This document shows, piece after piece, positions 41,782 to 54,030 of a stretch of 64,000 nucleotides of DNA. Where the stretch lies: positions 152,420 through 216,419 of the forward strand of contig CAVYJB010000001.1 of NCBI GenBank assembly GCA_963768835.1, in the 5' to 3' direction. Position 1 is the first letter of the stretch. Each line of letters begins with the position of its first letter. Source of the stretch: an uncultured bacterium. GTDB taxonomy: Bacteria; Patescibacteriota; Minisyncoccia; UBA6257; GWB1-50-10. The notes beneath the pieces are model-generated. The model did not search any database. It was given only the letters and a program-made list of their open reading frames with translations, and was not told where the DNA came from. The position numbers and the translations under genes were made by a program.

Positions 41782-42147
41782 TTAGTGTTTAGGACTCGTG
41801 GAGGTCGCGGGGGTGTTCGGTATGACCTTGGAGACGGCCCAACCCTTGCTGGTCTTCACGGCCCAGTACATCTGCCCGTCCGCGCCCTTAATCTGCTGCA
41901 TGTCTGTGGTGGTCGCGTTCTGATATCCGGGGATGTTCTTCACGTCCTGCACGGCCTGCTGCTCGGTTCGAACGATGGGTGCAGGGATCGGGGACGGGGC
42001 GGGGACAGGCGCAGGGACGGGGATGGGCGGCTGCTGATGGGTAGCTCCGCGGATAAGGAACCCAAGGACAACCACGAGGATAATAACAGCAACCCCGATG
42101 ATTATTTTTCGAGGAGGAAATGGGAGGTTGGGAATATTGTTATCCAT
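41782..42147 (-). CDS. hypothetical Pro-rich membrane-anchored protein
   Basis: TM helix followed by a PVPAP linker. Confidence 0.7.
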   Translation of the reverse strand: MDNNIPNLPFPPRKIIIGVAVIILVVVLGFLIRGATHQQPPIPVPAPVPAPSPIPAPIVRTEQQAVQDVKNIPGYQNATTTDMQQIKGADGQMYWAVKTSKGWAVSKVIPNTPATSTSPKH

Positions 42148-42201
42148 GCGTTTGGTCCGTCGGCATCGAATGATCGCGTACTATTGCAAGAGCCTGCAGG
42201 G

Positions 42202-43500
42202 TTAGGGAACTGTGAAGGTGAGCAGGTTCGATGCGTTGCTGTTCGAGGTAAGCGTCGTGGAAGCGACACCGCTCGTCGAGCCGGCAGGCACCTTCACACA
42301 TACCTCCGTGTCCGTCCACGCGGTCGCATTCCCGCAGGTACCGTAACCCACCATATTGGAACCTGTCCCTGCGGTCTCGAATACAGGACCCGTCGCTGCC
42401 CGAACGGTGAATCCGCTTGGCAACACGCCGCTCTGGCCGTCCGGGTTTACCACGGTCACGTCCCATGCTCCCGCAGGAGCTCCGGAAAGATTCAAACTGC
42501 CGCCTGTGAGACTCGTTGAGTTCGCGAAGACAAAACCGCTCCCCACGATGGCCTGCGCACCCCGTGAGATCTTCACGATGAATGCACCCGCCTGGAATGA
42601 GGAGCCACTGATTGCCACGCTCGTCAGATTGGAGCCGCTGACTCCGCTCGAAGCATTGATAGAGTTCACGAGAGGAGGAGGGAGCATCACGCTGAATCCG
42701 TTCGCAAGGGTAGCGCTCGCGTTTCCCGCAAACACAACGACACTCCAGCCGCCCGAGGTAGCGTTTGTAATATCGAAGGATCCACCCGTGATAGTCGCTG
42801 GTCCCGTCACGCTGAACCCCACAAGCGAGATAGGGGCCTGGCCTGACCGCACAAGCTGTACCGTCGAACTGGTGATAAACCCCGTACCGCTCACCGTGCC
42901 AATCGCCACAGGAGCATTATTCGAACCCCACGAGGGGGTGATTCCTGTCACGCTAAGCCCGACCGCGTTCGAAACCGTGAGGACTCCGTTCGCCCCGACA
43001 GCGATAAAACGCTGCTGAGAAAGATTCGCCTGCGAAGCGAGGAGGATGGAGAAATATCCGGAAGGAAGGCCCGTCTCGGGCGCGAAGATAAGATCCTTTG
43101 ATGTACCTGACGCGGGGTCCACAAACTGGATGCCGCGCCGGAGCGAGTAGGTGCGCTCAGGAGTCCCGGACGCAAAGCTCGGCCCGCTGAAAACGGTGTA
43201 CTGCGAGGTCCCCGTCGCGTTCAAGAAGTGGATGCCCCAACCATGCCCGTTCTCCTGGGTGATAGAGCGCTTCTGGGTACTCTGCACCACCGCCGAGAGC
43301 TCGTTGATCGATAGCTGAAGATTCTGGCTCGTGCCGTAACCGTTTAGGCTGAGCACGGAAATCGTACCGAGAACGGCGAGGATGCCAATCGAAATCACAA
43401 GCTCCAGAATTGTGAACCCTTCTGTCGAACGGGGCTTTCCTCCGCGCTCTGAGGGAGAAGCAAGCCCGAGGCTGGAAGGTGGCGGCAGGGTAGCTCGCAT
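42202..43500 (-). CDS. prepilin-like protein with IPT/TIG-like domains
   Basis: GFTILELVISIG; WDVTVVNPDGQSG. Confidence 0.85.
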   Translation of the reverse strand: MRATLPPPSSLGLASPSERGGKPRSTEGFTILELVISIGILAVLGTISVLSLNGYGTSQNLQLSINELSAVVQSTQKRSITQENGHGWGIHFLNATGTSQYTVFSGPSFASGTPERTYSLRRGIQFVDPASGTSKDLIFAPETGLPSGYFSILLASQANLSQQRFIAVGANGVLTVSNAVGLSVTGITPSWGSNNAPVAIGTVSGTGFITSSTVQLVRSGQAPISLVGFSVTGPATITGGSFDITNATSGGWSVVVFAGNASATLANGFSVMLPPPLVNSINASSGVSGSNLTSVAISGSSFQAGAFIVKISRGAQAIVGSGFVFANSTSLTGGSLNLSGAPAGAWDVTVVNPDGQSGVLPSGFTVRAATGPVFETAGTGSNMVGYGTCGNATAWTDTEVCVKVPAGSTSGVASTTLTSNSNASNLLTFTVP

Positions 43501-43514
43501 AATGATTTGAAGAA

Positions 43515-44714
43515 TTAGAACTGGGTAGTGAGCTGGTAGATGGGAATGATAATAGAAAGAGCGATAGTGCCGATGATGACGCCGATAAAGAGCAGGAGCG
43601 CGGGCTCTAGAAATGAAACGAGCGTCTTGATGGAACTGTCGATCTCCTTCACATAGAAATCCGAGAGGGTTTCTAATACTTCCTCGATATGCCCCGCCTT
43701 TTCCGAAATGGCGATCAGGGTTGTCACGGTTTGGGGAAAGTAGGATTCGCGACGGAACGCATCCCCGATCGTAAGGCCTTTCTGAAGCCCTTCTCGCGAG
43801 ATGTGCATCAGGCTCTCGGCAACCTCGGGGTTACCGGCTGCCTGCGCAGTAATCTCCAGGGCATCGGTGATGGGCATACCTGCCTTGATGAGGGAAGCGA
43901 GGGTCCGAGAGAATCGTTGCAGAGCGATCTTCTTCACGACATCCTTGATCACCGGTATCCCGCCCAGAAGATTTGTGAGGAACTTCTTAAACACCAGGGA
44001 GGAACGGTAGAGATAGAAAGAACCGAAGATGAGCACGAAAGCAGCCACAAGTATGACGATACCGTTGTCGCGAAAGAAGAAGCCGATAGCGAATACGGCG
44101 CGCGAAAAAGCCGGCGGCTGGAATCCACTGTCCGAAAAGACACCCGCGATTTTTGGTAGCGCGAACGTCACAATGCCCGCCAAGATAAGCACAGACCCCA
44201 CGAGGAGCAGGATAGGGTAGATGAGAGCACTCTTGAGCTGATCCTGTAGATCCTTCTGCTTCGTGAGAGATTCCGTAAGATCTCCGAACACGCGCTCGAG
44301 GTTTCCTGAAGCTTCCCCGGCGCGAATGAGGTTGATCGTCACATGGCTGAACACCTTGGGGTAGCGTGCGAAGGTGAGGTAGAAAGGTCTGCCGCGTTCA
44401 AGGTTCGAGCGCACCTCGGTCAGAATGTCGCGCACGGCGGTCTTCGTGAAATCCGAGATGAGAATATTGATAGCTTCGAGGAGGCCGGTGCCGATCTTCA
44501 GCATCAGGGCCAGATACTTTGTGATGAAAATCTGGTCCGTCAGCGTCACGCGCCCCCGAAAAAACTTCAGGGCGCCTCCTTCTACGGCGCGCACGCCGAC
44601 GGGCTTCAGGTTCTTCGACGCAAGAAACGTCAGTACCTCCGCGACATTTGCAGCGTCCATCTCGCTTTCGACCACCCGGCCGTCAACTTGGGATGCAATG
44701 TAGTGGAATTTCAT
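43515..44714 (-). CDS. pilC: type IV pilus platform protein (PilC/GspF)
   Basis: AGEASGNL, SALIYP, SEKAGHI, LEP. Confidence 0.92.
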   Translation of the reverse strand: MKFHYIASQVDGRVVESEMDAANVAEVLTFLASKNLKPVGVRAVEGGALKFFRGRVTLTDQIFITKYLALMLKIGTGLLEAINILISDFTKTAVRDILTEVRSNLERGRPFYLTFARYPKVFSHVTINLIRAGEASGNLERVFGDLTESLTKQKDLQDQLKSALIYPILLLVGSVLILAGIVTFALPKIAGVFSDSGFQPPAFSRAVFAIGFFFRDNGIVILVAAFVLIFGSFYLYRSSLVFKKFLTNLLGGIPVIKDVVKKIALQRFSRTLASLIKAGMPITDALEITAQAAGNPEVAESLMHISREGLQKGLTIGDAFRRESYFPQTVTTLIAISEKAGHIEEVLETLSDFYVKEIDSSIKTLVSFLEPALLLFIGVIIGTIALSIIIPIYQLTTQF

Positions 44715-44719
44715 GTGAA

Positions 44720-46435
44720 TTATTCCCGGATGACCCGGAAGATCTCCTCGAGGGTCGTCATGCCCCGCTCGACTTTCCGAAGGCCGTCCTCAAACATGCT
44801 TACCATCCCCTCCTCGCGCGCCGTTTTCCGCAGGATATCGAGGTTGAAATCGGGGCTGATGATCAGTCGGCGAACGCTCTCCGTGACATTCAGAACCTCG
44901 AAGATGCCGAGACGGCCGAGATAGCCCGTGAAATTGCAGGCGGCGCAACCCCTACCGCGGTAAAAAGAAGAGGGAAGGTGCACACGATTCGGATCAAGGC
45001 CGTTTCGGTCAAGTTCGGCGCGTATCTGCGAGACGACTTCCGTCCCCGGCGTGAAGGTCTCGATGCATTCGGAGTGGATACGTCGCACAAGCCTTTGAGC
45101 GAAAAGGCTGTTCAGGACTGCCGCCACGAGGAATGGCGGGACTCCCATATCGATGAGGCGCGGTATGGCGGTCGGAGCGTCGTTCGTGTGAAGCGAGGAC
45201 AGCACCAGGTGGCCGGTGAGGGCGGCTTGCACGGAGATGTTGGCAGTCTCGTTGTCCCGGATCTCGCCCACCATGATGATGTTCGGGTCCTGCCGGAGGA
45301 TGGAACGGAGACCGGCGGCGAACGTAATGCCGGCCGTGACATTCACCTGCGTCTGATTCAGGTAGCGGAGGTCGTATTCGATTGGGTCTTCGATCGTCAC
45401 AATGTTTACCTCCGGGCGGTTCAAAATATTAAGGAGCGCATAAAGCGTGGTGGTCTTCCCAGAACCGGTAGGCCCGCAAGAGAGCACCATCCCATACGAA
45501 CGGTTCACGGCCTCCTCAATCACCTTCACGTCTTCGTCGAAAAATCCGAGGTCAGCCAACGACAAGGGCTTCTGGGCGGACGCCAAAAGACGGAGTTCGC
45601 ACTTCTCACCATGAAAAGTCGGGATGACCGAAACACGCACGTCGATGATGGCCTCCCCCACCTTGTATCGGAATCGGCCGTCCTGCGGCCGAAGGTGTTC
45701 GTCCACGCGCAACCCCGCAAGAATCTTGATGCGGGCAATGACGGCCGCGAGAATCTCTTTCGGCATCCGGATAACTTCATGGAGAATACCGTCAATGCGG
45801 TAGCGCACGAGAATGGCGTCGTCTAGAACTTCGAAATGCACGTCGGACGCACGAAGCGAAGCGGCATAGGCGAGGAGGTTCTCTACGATCGCGACGATAG
45901 GAAGATCTTCTCCTGCTTCATGGAGCTCACCGCGCGCCTTGGAACGGAGCGATTCCTGCACGCTCACTTCAATAACTTTCTTGAAATCCTGTGTGAGCTT
46001 CTGCTCGTAGACCGAGAACCCGCGGTTCAGATCCTCCTCCGTCGCAAGATAGGGTTTGATAGCGTTCCCGAGCCGGAGCGTCAAGAAATCGATGGTCTCG
46101 AGATCTGTGGGGTCTTCCATCGCTACCTGAAACTCCCCGTTGGGATCCTGCCCAAACACAATAACGCGCCGCTGCCGCGCAACCTCCTCCGGAAGGAGAT
46201 GGAGAACCTTCTCGTCGATGACGGTGGAGCCCAGATTCACCCGCTCGACACCCAACGCTTTTGCGACGAGGAGCAGGAAATAGTCCTTTTTTATGAACCC
46301 TTCCGAGACTAGGATATCGATCGTGCTCTGCAGCCGCCGCTCCGCCTCGCGGTTCGCGTTCTCGAACGCAGCCTCACTTACGACCCCGGCTTCCGTGAGG
46401 ATTTGTTTCAGCTTCTCGGGCGGCAGATTGATCAT
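44720..46435 (-). CDS. pilB: type IV pilus assembly ATPase (PilB/GspE)
   Basis: GPTGSGKTTTLY, TIEDPIEY, LRQDPNIIMVGEIRD, TGHLVLSSLH. Confidence 0.93.
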   Translation of the reverse strand: MINLPPEKLKQILTEAGVVSEAAFENANREAERRLQSTIDILVSEGFIKKDYFLLLVAKALGVERVNLGSTVIDEKVLHLLPEEVARQRRVIVFGQDPNGEFQVAMEDPTDLETIDFLTLRLGNAIKPYLATEEDLNRGFSVYEQKLTQDFKKVIEVSVQESLRSKARGELHEAGEDLPIVAIVENLLAYAASLRASDVHFEVLDDAILVRYRIDGILHEVIRMPKEILAAVIARIKILAGLRVDEHLRPQDGRFRYKVGEAIIDVRVSVIPTFHGEKCELRLLASAQKPLSLADLGFFDEDVKVIEEAVNRSYGMVLSCGPTGSGKTTTLYALLNILNRPEVNIVTIEDPIEYDLRYLNQTQVNVTAGITFAAGLRSILRQDPNIIMVGEIRDNETANISVQAALTGHLVLSSLHTNDAPTAIPRLIDMGVPPFLVAAVLNSLFAQRLVRRIHSECIETFTPGTEVVSQIRAELDRNGLDPNRVHLPSSFYRGRGCAACNFTGYLGRLGIFEVLNVTESVRRLIISPDFNLDILRKTAREEGMVSMFEDGLRKVERGMTTLEEIFRVIRE

Positions 46436-46504
46436 CCTAGTAAATTATAACAGAACCTCCGCACGGCGTCGTGCGGAGTTGCGTCCCCACTTGGTTTTTC
46501 TCGA

Positions 46505-47056
46505 CTAGAGACTCTGGAGATCGCTCCCAACCTCGAACCAATCTGGTAGTGTTCCACCTTCCGTCCATTCCTTCGATTGATACTTCAGGCTTTCCATCCG
46601 CGTAAAGAATTTATATCTTCCTGGCGTCGTGGATGCTGAGAACGCATAGAAGCAGCCAGGGACGGTCCCGCTGCATCCTTGGTTCGCGCTCGAGGTCGTG
46701 TTCAGAGGATCGATGGGGAGACGGGAGAGCGGCGAACCAGCGGAGATGAGGGAAAGGTTCAGGGGCACCCAGCCTGTCCCGTTCGTCGCCGTCGATGTCG
46801 AGGTTCGACAGCTGCCGCCAGTCGGCGCAGTCGTGCCGGCGGTGCAAGTTGTGGTTGCGATCCAGCCCGCGGCAGCAGTATCCGTCACGTAGAGGGAAAG
46901 GGTTTTGTTCAGAGTTTCAAGATCTGAAAATCGCGTCCCGTCTCGACTCTCTCGAAGGAGTTCGGTTGGATTCAAAATCAAGACGACTACAGCGGAAAGC
47001 ACCGCGAGCACCGCGATGACGATGAGAAGTTCAATGAGAGTAAATCCTTTTTCCAT
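46505..47056 (-). CDS. type IV pilin paralog 4
   Basis: GFTLIELLIVIAV. Confidence 0.92.
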   Translation of the reverse strand: MEKGFTLIELLIVIAVLAVLSAVVVLILNPTELLRESRDGTRFSDLETLNKTLSLYVTDTAAAGWIATTTCTAGTTAPTGGSCRTSTSTATNGTGWVPLNLSLISAGSPLSRLPIDPLNTTSSANQGCSGTVPGCFYAFSASTTPGRYKFFTRMESLKYQSKEWTEGGTLPDWFEVGSDLQSL

Positions 47057-47100
47057 AAAGCAAAATGATGAGCAGCGAGCGGATCGATGATGAATGTTCT

Positions 47101-47679
47101 TTACATGCTCTGGAGATCCGTGCCGACCTCATACCAATCCGGGACATTGCCGGCGTCCTGACTCTCTTTAATAGAATACTTGATGCTCTCCATGCTGGCA
47201 TAAAGCTTGTATCTCCCCGGAGTTGAAGAGGCCCTGAAAGCATAGAAGCAGCCATGTACGGTCCCGCTGCATCCCTGGACTTGGGATGACGTGGTGTTTA
47301 GGGGATCGATGGGTATGCGCGCGAACGGAGCGCCCGCGGCGATGGCCTTGAAGTTCACCGGGACCCACCCCGTGCCATCCACCGCGGTTGAGGTCACCTG
47401 GGCGCACGACCCGCCTCCTGGCATGGACGTGCCGGCCGTGCACATGGTCGTTGATGCCCCTGTAGGCCAGTTCGCCGCACCCGTGTCCACTACATAGAGA
47501 TTCAGGGCATTCGAAATAATGCTGAGATCCGAAAGTCGGTCCGCATCGCGTGTCTGTCGTAAGCGTTCTGCGGGGTCGATAAGAATCACGAGAGCCGCAG
47601 AAAGAACAGCCAGTAATCCAATCACGATGAGAAGCTCAAGTAACGTAAACCCCGAAGAAGCCGGGGAAGGATGATTCAT
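47101..47679 (-). CDS. type IV pilin paralog 3
   Basis: GFTLLELLIVIG. Confidence 0.9.
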   Translation of the reverse strand: MNHPSPASSGFTLLELLIVIGLLAVLSAALVILIDPAERLRQTRDADRLSDLSIISNALNLYVVDTGAANWPTGASTTMCTAGTSMPGGGSCAQVTSTAVDGTGWVPVNFKAIAAGAPFARIPIDPLNTTSSQVQGCSGTVHGCFYAFRASSTPGRYKLYASMESIKYSIKESQDAGNVPDWYEVGTDLQSM

Positions 47680-47741
47680 TTCTGGCTTTATTATAGTGCT
47701 GATAACGATAATAGAAAGCTCATTGGTGCATAAATGCCGCT

Positions 47742-48308
47742 CTAGAGGCTGAGCGCGCTCCCTAATTCGTACCAATCAGGAAGTGTACCACCGTCAATGG
47801 ATTCCACATCTCCTGAACCCCCTTGGCTGAACTTTACGCTCTCCATGTTTGCAACGAGCTTGTACTGGCCCACCGTGGAGGTGGAACGAAAACCATAGAA
47901 ACATCCCGGGAGAGATCCGCCACAATTTGTAGAACCGTTAGAGGGGTCCATCGGGAGCTTTGAGAGCGGCGAACCGCCGGAGATCTTCGTGAAATCCAGC
48001 GGCGCCCACCCGCTGCCGTCGACGGTTGCGGAAGCCACTGTCGTGCACGGGATGCTCCCTCCGCCCGCGGCAGGGAATAAGGTGCCGTAGGTGCAGTTAG
48101 TGGCAGCCACCCATCCGCCTTGCCCGCTCGCGTCGGTCACCCACACCGAGATCGCTCCGTTCAAAGCCGCCATGTCAGAGATGCGCGTTGCGTCCCGCGA
48201 TTGTTTCAGAAGTTCGGCGGGGTTCAGGACGAGGATGACCCCGGCGGCGAGCACCGCGAGAATCGCGATGACGATGAGAAGTTCTATCAGCGTGAACCCT
48301 TTCTCCAT
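47742..48308 (-). CDS. type IV pilin paralog 2
   Basis: GFTLIELLIVIAI. Confidence 0.92.
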   Translation of the reverse strand: MEKGFTLIELLIVIAILAVLAAGVILVLNPAELLKQSRDATRISDMAALNGAISVWVTDASGQGGWVAATNCTYGTLFPAAGGGSIPCTTVASATVDGSGWAPLDFTKISGGSPLSKLPMDPSNGSTNCGGSLPGCFYGFRSTSTVGQYKLVANMESVKFSQGGSGDVESIDGGTLPDWYELGSALSL

Positions 48309-48403
48309 TTATATAATTATAGCACAGATAGGACATGCCGGAGAAAATAAAAACCTCCCGCTGTGTCGGAAGGTTTTTGTGTTAAGAGGTTACAAGGTCG
48401 GGC

Positions 48404-49012
48404 CTAAGGCGTCATGTTGCTCCCAAGCTCGTACCAATCCGATACGACGCCGCCGTCCTTGTTGTTGGACTCGACATCCGCCGTACCGTTCTGGCTGTAC
48501 TTCACGCTCTCCATGTTTGCGACAAGCTTGTACTGACCCACCGTGGTACTGGACTTGAAACCGTAGTAACAGAAGTTCCCTGTCGTAACGCTCAGGCAGT
48601 TCGCGGAACCGTTGTTCGGGTCGATGGGAAGCTTCGAAAGCGGCGCACCGCCGGAGATAAGCCCGAGGTTAATCGGTATCCAACCGCTACCGCTGGTCAC
48701 CGTAGAACTACTGACTGCGCAGGCGACCGTCGTGCTGGCCGCCATCGGGAACACGCCGTTACCGGTGCCGGTGTTGTTCACTGCGTTCCAGGTGCACGTC
48801 GAGGTTGCGGAGGGCCAGCTCGATGACTGCCCCACGTCGGCGGTCCAGAGGGCGAGCGCGCTGTTCACGGCCGCGAGGTCTGAGATGCGCGTCGAGTCCC
48901 GGGACTGCTTCAAAAGCTCGGCGGGGTTCAGGACGAGCACCACTGCGGCAGAGAGGACCGCAAGAACCGCGATCACGATAAGGAGCTCAATGAGGGTAAA
49001 TCCTTTCTGCAT
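48404..49012 (-). CDS. type IV pilin paralog 1 (probable major pilin)
   Basis: GFTLIELLIVIAV; has its own leader and a downstream terminator-like hairpin. Confidence 0.92.
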   Translation of the reverse strand: MQKGFTLIELLIVIAVLAVLSAAVVLVLNPAELLKQSRDSTRISDLAAVNSALALWTADVGQSSSWPSATSTCTWNAVNNTGTGNGVFPMAASTTVACAVSSSTVTSGSGWIPINLGLISGGAPLSKLPIDPNNGSANCLSVTTGNFCYYGFKSSTTVGQYKLVANMESVKYSQNGTADVESNNKDGGVVSDWYELGSNMTP

Positions 49013-49111
49013 TTTTATTGTTATTTAGCGTTCGTTTGAGGACGCTCGACCTTGATGTGTAGCTTCATTATAGCACAGCCCGCCCTGAACCTCTGTGGAT
49101 AACAATATAAT

Positions 49112-49504
49112 TTACTGGGATTTTGGCGAAGAACCCATGAAGGTGCGCACGTGTTCCACGAGTTCTTCGATGGACATTTTCGCTTTCACAAAGTACTCCA
49201 CCGCACCGAGAGACTGACCGCGCGCCACATCGGTATCCTGACCGAGGTTGGAGATGATGATCACGGGCGCGTGCTCCATCTGCGGGTCCGCTTTCATCGT
49301 TTCCATAAGCTCGAACCCGGAGATTTTGGGGAGAATAAGGTCGAGGAGGATAAGGTCCGGCCGCTGCTCGCGGAGCGTCTTCATGGCCTCTTCCCCGTCC
49401 CGGTTCCAAAGGACCGTGAATCCTTCCTTTTCGAGCTGCTGCCGCAGGAGATTGGCCAAAAGCGGCTCGTCTTCGACTAGCAATATTGTTTTATTATCTG
49501 GCAT
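49112..49504 (-). CDS. single-domain response regulator
   Basis: ILLVEDE, LLDLILP, SN, YFVK. Confidence 0.92.
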   Translation of the reverse strand: MPDNKTILLVEDEPLLANLLRQQLEKEGFTVLWNRDGEEAMKTLREQRPDLILLDLILPKISGFELMETMKADPQMEHAPVIIISNLGQDTDVARGQSLGAVEYFVKAKMSIEELVEHVRTFMGSSPKSQ

Positions 49505-49679
49505 ACGTATCACCAGTATAGCACATTCAAACCTTCTCTAGTTGTCCCGTGCGGCATGTGTTCACATCCGTTAGGATGCGAGCCGAGACTTAACGGCTCC
49601 TCGGCCAATACCGTGTCCCCCGAAGGGAACGTTGCTTCTTGCGAAGCATACACTCTCTCATGTAATGAGTGTATCGAAT

Positions 49680-51205
<1,526 letters not shown>

Positions 51206-51399
51206 ACGATTGCCGACGGAAACGGAGTAGACCGGGACCGAAACAAGTTCCGTCCGGGTCCGCTCTGCCACGTCAGACATTCGTAACCACAACCGGGACA
51301 ACTAAAGAAAGTTTTAATGTTGAATGATTTATTTACTCGCGCGAATTATCAAGGGTCGGTCGTTCCTGAAGAGCCGTCCTTTCTTGACTAGCGGGGTTC

Positions 51400-51429
51400 A
51401 TTATAGAGGGTTTGCTCGAGGAAAGTCAA
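51400..51429 (-). promoter_or_regulatory. rRNA promoter
   Basis: TTGACT-18-TATAAT. Confidence 0.75.
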
Positions 51430-51512
51430 CCACGCCCGCCTATCTCCCGAACTCCTTGCCAAATCTCCGTTCCTATGTACAATAAGGAAGCTCGGCAAGA
51501 TACGAAACCGCC

Positions 51513-51782
51513 ATGAAAAAGAAGATTCACCCCCAATACTACCCCCACGCCAAGGCGACGTGCGCCTGCGGCGCCACCTTTGAAGTGGGCTCCACGAAGC
51601 CGGAGATTAAGGTGGAGATCTGCTCGAACTGCCATCCGTTCTACACCGGTAAGGAGCAGCTTATCGACGTTGCGGGACGCGTGGAACGCTTCAAGGCCCG
51701 AAAGGCTCTCGCGAAAGCGCCTGTGCAGAAGAAAGAGCGCGCGAAGAAGCCTCAGGCCAGCAGCCGAAGCAAGGTGCAGTAA
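51513..51782 (+). CDS. rpmE: 50S ribosomal protein L31
   Basis: MKKKIHPQY..CACG..CSNCHPFYTG..GRVERF. Confidence 0.97.
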   Translation: MKKKIHPQYYPHAKATCACGATFEVGSTKPEIKVEICSNCHPFYTGKEQLIDVAGRVERFKARKALAKAPVQKKERAKKPQASSRSKVQ

Positions 51783-51785
51783 ATT

Positions 51786-52451
51786 ATGGAACTCCAGGTC
51801 AAAAACCGAACGGTGTTCGGAAAGAAAATAAATGCACTCCGTCGCGAGGGTTGGATCCCCGCGGAACTTTTCGGCCGCGGTCTCCCGAACCTTCACCTCG
51901 CAGTACCCGGGAAGGAGTTCGGCAAAGTTTACCGTGAGAGCGGCGAGCACACCGTCGTCTCTGTCCGCACGGAGGACGGGAAAGTACATCCCGCGCTCAT
52001 CACGGAGGTTGCCCGCAACCCTCTCTCGCAAGAAGTCATCGCCGTAGATTTTCACGAAATCCGTATGGATGAAAAAATTCGCGCGAAAGTCCCCTTGGAA
52101 TTCACAGGAGAGGCTCCTGCGGCGAAGAAGGGGCTGACGGTTCTCCGAGTTTTGGGCGAACTTGAACTTGAAGGACTCCCCGCCCACCTGCCACACCGCA
52201 TCGCCGTAGACCTCTCGCGGCTCGAGGATGCTGGACAAACGATCCATGTGGGAGAGCTCAAGCTCCCGAAAGAAATAAAAGTGTTCCTTTCCCCTGATAC
52301 GGTCGTCGCGACCGTGAGCGAGAAAGCGAAGGAGGAAGTTGTCGTGGCGACTCCCACAACGGCGGCCACGACCGGCGCGCCGCCCGCAGAAGGAACGGCG
52401 CCCGCAGAAGGCGCAACAGCCGCCGCTCCGAAGGAGAACCCCAAGAAGTAA
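51786..52451 (+). CDS. rplY: 50S ribosomal protein L25/CTC
   Basis: LRREGWIPAELFG, VDF, CTC C-terminal domain. Confidence 0.93.
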   Translation: MELQVKNRTVFGKKINALRREGWIPAELFGRGLPNLHLAVPGKEFGKVYRESGEHTVVSVRTEDGKVHPALITEVARNPLSQEVIAVDFHEIRMDEKIRAKVPLEFTGEAPAAKKGLTVLRVLGELELEGLPAHLPHRIAVDLSRLEDAGQTIHVGELKLPKEIKVFLSPDTVVATVSEKAKEEVVVATPTTAATTGAPPAEGTAPAEGATAAAPKENPKK

Positions 52452-52532
52452 GGTTGGGGGTTCTTTTTCCTCGGGTTTTGCAGGGGCGTTACTAATATGG
52501 GCCGTTCCCCGTTATACTAGAGAAGTACTCTC

Positions 52533-53999
52533 ATGCGAAGACGAACCGACGACATTCTTCCCCACGCGCCGGAGCGGCTCCGACTCGCGCCGGGATCTCG
52601 TAGATGGCGGCCCACCAAGGGCGTGCTTCGGGTTCTTGGGGTGGGCGGAATCGTCCTGCTCATTTTCGTCGGCGCCGTGCGGACGCCCGTCCAGGCGCCG
52701 TCGCTTGCATCTGCAGACAGCACGACGACTCCTGCCGTCGCGGTCTCCACGGACCCCTCCAGTCTCACCGCCGACCAGCGGGCCAAACAGCAGGCCGCCC
52801 TGGAACAGGAGCTTGCCGACCTCCAGCAACAAATCGCCGATAACGAGCAGACGATCGCGCAATACCAGACGCAAGGCAAGACGCTCTCCGGCGACATTGC
52901 AAAACTCACGACTAAGATCGCGACGCTGAATCTCCAGATCAAGGCGGTGAACGTCGCGCTCGCGGACCTCGCCGCGCAGATCACGGACACGCAGGCGCAG
53001 ATCAACCAGACCGAGAACCGGATTGACCAGCACAAAGCCGCCATCGCGAGCGCCATCCAAACTATCGATCTGGCGGACCATCAAAACATGGCGCAAATCC
53101 TCCTCGCGAACGCACACCTCTCGGATTTCTTCGGAACGATCGCGAATGAGACCTTGGTGCAGGCCAATCTCCGCACCGCGCTCACGGAGATCGTGAAACT
53201 TCGGGAGGACCTCCTCACCCAGAAGGAAAATCTTTCCACCCAGCAGAGCGACGCAGAGACGCTTCGGGCCATCCAGGTCTCTCAGAAAAACGGTGTAATC
53301 GCCACTCAAGACCAGAAGCAGCAACTGCTCGTGGCGACAAAAGGAAAGGAATCGGAATATACCAAGCTCCTTGCAAAAACCCAGGCAACCGCGGCGGAGA
53401 TCCGGAACCAGATCTTCCAACTCTTGGGCGGCGGCCAGCTGACCTTCGAGAAGGCCTATGAATACGCGCGGTTGGCGGAGCAGGCCACGGGCGTACGCTC
53501 CGCCATGGTCCTCGCTATCCTGAACCGGGAATCTCTCCTCGGGAAGAATACGGGCCGTTGTAGCTACCAAACCGCGATGAACCCTACGGACGTGCCCGTC
53601 TTTCTTAACCTGCTTTCGCAATTGAACATCGACCCGAACTCCACGGTGGCCATGGTCTCCTGCCCGAACGGGGATGGCGTCTACGGAGGCGCGATGGGCC
53701 CCGCGCAGTTCATCCCCTCCACGTGGGAGCGTTTTGCGAACGATATCACACACATCACCGGGAACAACCCGCCGAACCCGTGGAACAACTCTGACGCGTT
53801 CGTCGCGACGGCGCTCTACTTGAAACAGTTCGGCGCGGACGACCAGACTCTCGCGAGCGAACGGAAGGCCGCCGCCATCTACTACTGCGGCTCTCGGTGG
53901 CAGCGCTCCGCGTGCACCATCTATGCGAACGCCGTCATCGGTACCGCAAGCCAGTACCAGGACGACATCAATACGCTGAACGGAAACGGGGGGGTGTAG
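52533..53999 (+). CDS. coiled-coil protein with a C-terminal lytic transglycosylase (SLT_2-like) domain
   Basis: Long heptad region; ILNRES, GGAMGPAQFIPSTW. Confidence 0.88.
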   Translation: MRRRTDDILPHAPERLRLAPGSRRWRPTKGVLRVLGVGGIVLLIFVGAVRTPVQAPSLASADSTTTPAVAVSTDPSSLTADQRAKQQAALEQELADLQQQIADNEQTIAQYQTQGKTLSGDIAKLTTKIATLNLQIKAVNVALADLAAQITDTQAQINQTENRIDQHKAAIASAIQTIDLADHQNMAQILLANAHLSDFFGTIANETLVQANLRTALTEIVKLREDLLTQKENLSTQQSDAETLRAIQVSQKNGVIATQDQKQQLLVATKGKESEYTKLLAKTQATAAEIRNQIFQLLGGGQLTFEKAYEYARLAEQATGVRSAMVLAILNRESLLGKNTGRCSYQTAMNPTDVPVFLNLLSQLNIDPNSTVAMVSCPNGDGVYGGAMGPAQFIPSTWERFANDITHITGNNPPNPWNNSDAFVATALYLKQFGADDQTLASERKAAAIYYCGSRWQRSACTIYANAVIGTASQYQDDINTLNGNGGV

Positions 54000-54002
54000 G
54001 AA

Positions 54003-54030
54003 CAAAAATCCCGCTCAGGCGGGATTTTTG
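54003..54030. terminator. bidirectional terminator
   Basis: CAAAAATCCCGC/GCGGGATTTTTG. Confidence 0.8.
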
